A DNA stretch of 57,945 bases, taken from NCBI GenBank assembly GCA_024277895.1, contig JAJRUH010000181.1:1-57945 (forward strand). Reading direction: 5' to 3'. Under the pieces are notes generated by a model. It did no database searches. It saw only the letters and a program-made list of their open reading frames with translations, and had not been told where the DNA came from. The DNA comes from Bacteroidota bacterium (GTDB taxonomy: Bacteria > Bacteroidota > Bacteroidia > Bacteroidales > JAADGE01). The number at the start of each line of letters is the position of its first letter. Position 1 is the first letter of the stretch. A program made the translations under genes and the position numbers. This document shows positions 54,203 to 57,945 of this stretch, piece after piece.

Positions 54203-54562
54203 TTACAATGTTTCTTCAAAAATTATAATCTCCGAAACAGCCTGTTCACAGTCATCCAAAAAGTTATTTATCCGTTTTTCAAGTGTTTCATAATTTTCGG
54301 AATTTCGAATATCTGTTTCTATTTTTTTTAAATCATCAGCCTGCTTCATCATTCCGAGAATTGAGATACTTGATTTTGCTTTATGTGTAAGTTTCGCTAA
54401 TTCTTTATAATTTTTATCAATTAACAATTGAGGCATATTTTCTTTATACACTTTAATTTCAACTTTAAATAAAGAAATTATTTTTTTTATAAAGTCTGTA
54501 TTTTTTGAAACTCCGTCTAAATACTCAGTATTAATAAATTCAAAATTATTTGTTGTTTTCAT
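54203..54562 (-). CDS. Hpt (histidine phosphotransfer) domain protein
   Basis: 119 aa. The phosphoacceptor context is LTHKAKSSISILGM. Confidence 0.75.
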   Translation of the reverse strand: MKTTNNFEFINTEYLDGVSKNTDFIKKIISLFKVEIKVYKENMPQLLIDKNYKELAKLTHKAKSSISILGMMKQADDLKKIETDIRNSENYETLEKRINNFLDDCEQAVSEIIIFEETL

Positions 54563-54603
54563 AATTTAAAGTTATAAGAAAACGTTTAAATATAAAAAAA
54601 GAT

Positions 54604-54611
54604 TATTTTTG
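54604..54611 (+). promoter_or_regulatory. Candidate -7 promoter box TATTTTTG
   Basis: Matches TAnnTTTG 45 nt upstream of the ATG at 54656. Confidence 0.35.
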
Positions 54612-54655
54612 TTTTTTAATTGTAAATAAACAAATTTACAAAATTTAAAATCATT

Positions 54656-55735
54656 ATGAAAAAAATATTACTCATTTTGCTCAGTTTAAATTTCGGACTT
54701 TTGAGTTATGGCCAAAACAACAGCATTACGGCTTCCGGTCAGGAGGCTGAACTTCAATATAATAAAGGAGTAAAAAGTTACTTACAGCAAGATTTTGTAA
54801 CAGCAATAGCCTCTTTAGACAAAGCCATAGAATTAAAACCTAATTTCGCAAAAGCATATTTTAATCGCGGTGTAATTAAAAATGAATTAAATGACTATGA
54901 AAGTGCAATCGCCGATTTGTCCGTTGCTGCACAATTAGACAAAAATATGCCTAAGATATATTTTGCCAGAGGCTTTTCTCGTATAAATATAAAGGATTTT
55001 GACGGTGCCGTTAAAGATTTTACACAAGCATTAATGAACGGGTATAAAAACCCGAATGCTTATTATTACAGAGGTGTTGCTTATTTAAAATTAAAGAAAT
55101 ATGATAAAGCAATAAATGATTTCAACAAAGCTGTTGCAGTTAACTCAAATTATGCATATGCCTATCACGACAGAGGAAGTGCCAAAAGATTAAAAGGAAA
55201 CTTGGAAGGTGCTGCCGAAGATTACAGAAAAGCAGCTCAAGTTGACTCCCAATTATATTTTGCATATAATAATTTAGGAGCCGTTTTAAATGAACTTAAA
55301 AAATATGACGATGCCATTAAAGCATATACTAAAGCATTAAGTATAAATCCCGAATATTATCAATCATATAACGGGAGAGGTTTAGCAAAATATGCCGAGG
55401 GTCTTCAAAATTATAATTCAGATAAAAAAACTGATGCTGAGAAAAATTTTGAAGATGCAGTAAGCGATTTTGAAAAAGCTGTTAATTTTAATAACACTTA
55501 TGCCGAAGCATATAATAATCTCGGAGTTGCAAAAATAAAACTCAAAGATTATATCGGAGCAGACAAAGCATTTACAGAAGCAATAAAGATAAATGAAAAA
55601 TTTTCGGAGGCATATGCTAACAGAGGAACTGCAAGAGAAAATCTTCGTAAATTTACGGCAGCTTGTAATGATTGGAATAAAGCTGTTGAATTAGGTCTGA
55701 AAAATTCTGAAAAATTTATAAACGCTTGCAATTAG
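54656..55735 (+). CDS. Tetratricopeptide (TPR) repeat protein, secreted
   Basis: 359 aa with a signal peptide and repeated A..Y..RG......Y..AI.D..KA...NP units. Confidence 0.85.
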   Translation: MKKILLILLSLNFGLLSYGQNNSITASGQEAELQYNKGVKSYLQQDFVTAIASLDKAIELKPNFAKAYFNRGVIKNELNDYESAIADLSVAAQLDKNMPKIYFARGFSRINIKDFDGAVKDFTQALMNGYKNPNAYYYRGVAYLKLKKYDKAINDFNKAVAVNSNYAYAYHDRGSAKRLKGNLEGAAEDYRKAAQVDSQLYFAYNNLGAVLNELKKYDDAIKAYTKALSINPEYYQSYNGRGLAKYAEGLQNYNSDKKTDAEKNFEDAVSDFEKAVNFNNTYAEAYNNLGVAKIKLKDYIGADKAFTEAIKINEKFSEAYANRGTARENLRKFTAACNDWNKAVELGLKNSEKFINACN

Positions 55736-55753
55736 TTAAATCAAAGAAAGTCT

Positions 55754-57832
55754 ATGAAACTTAAAATAATAATATTACCATTAATTTTTGCCGGACTGTT
55801 TGCAAATATTTCAAATGCACAAAAATTTGTAAAAGTTAAAAAATCTGAGTATAAAATTGAAGATGAGGGATTTAAGGAGGCATGGAAACATGTTAAGAAT
55901 GGAAATCGGTTATTCAAAATGAACAAAAAAGGTGCTTTTGCAGAAGCTCTTAATGATTATTTAACTGCATTAAATTATAATGAAGATAATGCAGCATTAA
56001 ATTATTTAACGGGCATTTGTTATTTAAAAACGGCAGAACCGCGCAAAGCTCTAAAATATTTAGACAATGCATACTTCAACTATTCCGGTGTTACCGAAGA
56101 TATTCAATATTGGCTCGGCAAAGCATATCAATATAATTACAAGTTTAAGGATGCAACAGAGAATTATGAGGATTACAGAGAATCTCTTTCTTCCAAAAAA
56201 TATAAAAAACTTCAATATAAAATTAATAAACGAATTGAAGAATGTGAAAGCGGTGAAAAATTAATGCAAAACCCCGTTCGCTGTTTTATTGACAACTTAG
56301 GAAGCGGAGTAAATACAAAAGCTCCGGAATACAGTCCCGTTTTCTTTTTTAAAGATTCTGTTTTATATTTTACATCCAGAAGAGAAAATACTACAGGCGG
56401 TAAAAAAAACCCGCATACACGACTTTATTATGAAGATGTTTATATGTCGCATTTTTCAAACGGTAAATGGCAAAATGCCGAACAATTAGAATATCCTGTT
56501 AACACAAAACACAATGATGCTGTTACCGATATCTCTCCGGAAGGCAGAGAATTATGTATTTACCGAGGTTATAAAGGTGCCGGGGATTTATATAACAGCC
56601 AATATAAAGGTGATTACTGGACAAAACCTCGAAAAATGAAACGTATTGATAAAAAAAATTACAGAGAAAGTTCGGTTTCCGTAACAAAAGATTCTATGAT
56701 TCTTTATTTTATCAGTAACAGAAAAGGCGGGCAAGGCAGACAAGATATTTGGGTAAGTTACAAAACACAAGACGGACGGAAATGGCAAACACCTCAAAAT
56801 TTAGGACCCGTAGTTAATACAAAATACGATGAAGAAACAGTTGAGATTTCTTCTGACGGTAAAGACTTGTATTTCAGCTCAAAAGGTCATAATTCAATGG
56901 GTGGATATGATGTTTTTAAAACTCACAGAAATGATGACGGAACTTGGACGGAACCTGTTAATATCGGCTACCCGATAAATACACCCGGAGACGATGTCTT
57001 TTTTATGCTAACCCCTAACGAACATTTCGGATATTATGCTTCTGACAGAGAAGGCGGATACGGAGATAAAGACATTTATCAAATCGTTTTTCTGGGTCCG
57101 GAAAAACCGCTTCTTATTTCAAAAGAAAACCCCAATGATTTAATTGCATATTTTGCTGAACCGGTTAAAGAAACAGATATTGAGAAACCTGTAAATATCA
57201 AAGTTATCCAATTATCAACAGTAAGCGGAATTGTTACGGATGCATTATCCGGCGAACCCGTAAAAGCAACACTTGAACTTGTTGATAACGCAACCGGAGA
57301 AGTTGTAAAAGTTGTACAATCATATGCTTCCACGGGAGCATATACCGTTCCGCTGCCTCCGGGTAAAGACTATGCGCTTACGGCAGGTGCTCCGGATTAT
57401 TTTTTCCATTCCGAAAATTTTATAATTGCAGATACTTCCACTCATGAAGTTATTCGTAAAGACATACAGTTGCAACCTATGGGTGTAGGAGCAAAAATTG
57501 TTTTGAATAATGTTTTCTTCGATACCGGAAAATCAACACTAAGACCCGAATCATTTCCTGAATTAATCAGATTAGCTACATTATTAATAAAATATAAAAA
57601 TATAAGAGTTGAAATTTCCGGACATACCGACAGCCAAGGTTCTGCTGCATTTAACCAAAAATTATCGCAAAGAAGAGCCCAATCAGTAGTTGATTACCTG
57701 TTGACAAGGGGTGTTAATCTGGCTCAGATTGTTGCCGTAGGATACGGTGAAACTCAACCGAGAGCAGATAATGCCACAAGAGACGGACGTCAGTTAAACA
57801 GGCGTGTAGAAGCAAAAATTCTTGAAAAATAA
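55754..57832 (+). CDS. OmpA family protein with N-terminal TPR, TolB-like WD40 repeats, a carboxypeptidase-regulatory-like domain and a C-terminal OmpA peptidoglycan-binding domain
   Basis: 692 aa. The OmpA_C motifs are NVFFDTGKSTLRPES, ISGHTDSQGSAAFNQKLSQRRAQSV and GYGETQP. It also has repeated PVNT..D....S.DG..LYF units. Confidence 0.9.
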   Translation: MKLKIIILPLIFAGLFANISNAQKFVKVKKSEYKIEDEGFKEAWKHVKNGNRLFKMNKKGAFAEALNDYLTALNYNEDNAALNYLTGICYLKTAEPRKALKYLDNAYFNYSGVTEDIQYWLGKAYQYNYKFKDATENYEDYRESLSSKKYKKLQYKINKRIEECESGEKLMQNPVRCFIDNLGSGVNTKAPEYSPVFFFKDSVLYFTSRRENTTGGKKNPHTRLYYEDVYMSHFSNGKWQNAEQLEYPVNTKHNDAVTDISPEGRELCIYRGYKGAGDLYNSQYKGDYWTKPRKMKRIDKKNYRESSVSVTKDSMILYFISNRKGGQGRQDIWVSYKTQDGRKWQTPQNLGPVVNTKYDEETVEISSDGKDLYFSSKGHNSMGGYDVFKTHRNDDGTWTEPVNIGYPINTPGDDVFFMLTPNEHFGYYASDREGGYGDKDIYQIVFLGPEKPLLISKENPNDLIAYFAEPVKETDIEKPVNIKVIQLSTVSGIVTDALSGEPVKATLELVDNATGEVVKVVQSYASTGAYTVPLPPGKDYALTAGAPDYFFHSENFIIADTSTHEVIRKDIQLQPMGVGAKIVLNNVFFDTGKSTLRPESFPELIRLATLLIKYKNIRVEISGHTDSQGSAAFNQKLSQRRAQSVVDYLLTRGVNLAQIVAVGYGETQPRADNATRDGRQLNRRVEAKILEK

Positions 57833-57843
57833 TTTTTTAAATT

Positions 57844-57870
57844 AAGGCGGTTTTTTAATCGCCTTTTTTT
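57844..57870 (+). terminator. Intrinsic terminator
   Basis: AAGGCG-GTTTTTTAAT-CGCCTT followed by TTTTT. Confidence 0.75.
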
Positions 57871-57945
57871 AGTATGTCGGGCATGGTAGTAATCTTGCAG
57901 GGTGTAAGTCCTTGTATATGCCGAGTTGAAAGGAAATATTAGCGA

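Noticed and set aside
1-57945. Prophage, integrative element, defence island, tRNA or rRNA genes
   Set aside because: I saw no integrase, transposase, phage structural, restriction-modification, toxin-antitoxin or cas-like products, and no tRNA-like T-arm (GGTTCGAATCC-type) or rRNA sequences while reading both strands. This was a visual scan only, so tRNAscan or Infernal would be needed to be certain.

Overview
This is an AT-rich chromosomal segment (about one-third G+C by eye, not computed) that looks like Bacteroidota. I support about 56 protein genes. TAnnTTTG -7 promoter boxes recur 17-50 nt upstream of start codons. Families typical of the phylum are present: propeller/Y_Y_Y sensor, SPOR, GxxExxY, four-helix-bundle (23S-IVS) protein, DUF4154 and TPR-WD40-OmpA. 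I saw no rRNA, tRNA, CRISPR array, integrase or transposase gene. Most of the window is housekeeping: lpdA, nadC, malQ, thyA-folA, ruvC, rarA, kdsA, prfA, ispF, a beta-oxidation operon and Leu/Val-type dehydrogenase. Stand-outs: (1) At 672-7014 (minus strand) an eight-gene operon joins two HdrA-like flavoproteins, an MvhD-like protein and a QmoC-like ferredoxin/cytochrome b fusion to TusA and two DsrE-like sulfur carriers. It has no HdrB, Apr/Sat or Dsr partner. It is divergent from a Crp/Fnr regulator gene, and a perfect AATGTGA-N6-TCACATT palindrome lies between them. This is my best candidate for an undescribed system. (2) A tandem array of 233-249 bp units at 1-690 carries nested ATCCGTG iteron-like motifs and duplicates the 3' end of the last operon gene. 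(3) A MITE-like repeat family has three copies. Two full copies in inverted orientation bracket a 3-gene module, and a truncated copy supplies the ispF stop codon. (4) GxxExxY and four-helix-bundle ORFs are inserted inside the beta-oxidation operon, the first flanked exactly by about 36-bp inverted repeats. (5) A cheR-cheB-GAF membrane protein triad has no MCP/CheA/CheW nearby. (6) Recently duplicated YfiR/DUF4154 genes are present, one fused to PAS-PP2C. All coordinates of short motifs were counted by hand and may be off by 1-2 nt. All family assignments come from motif recognition, not database searches.
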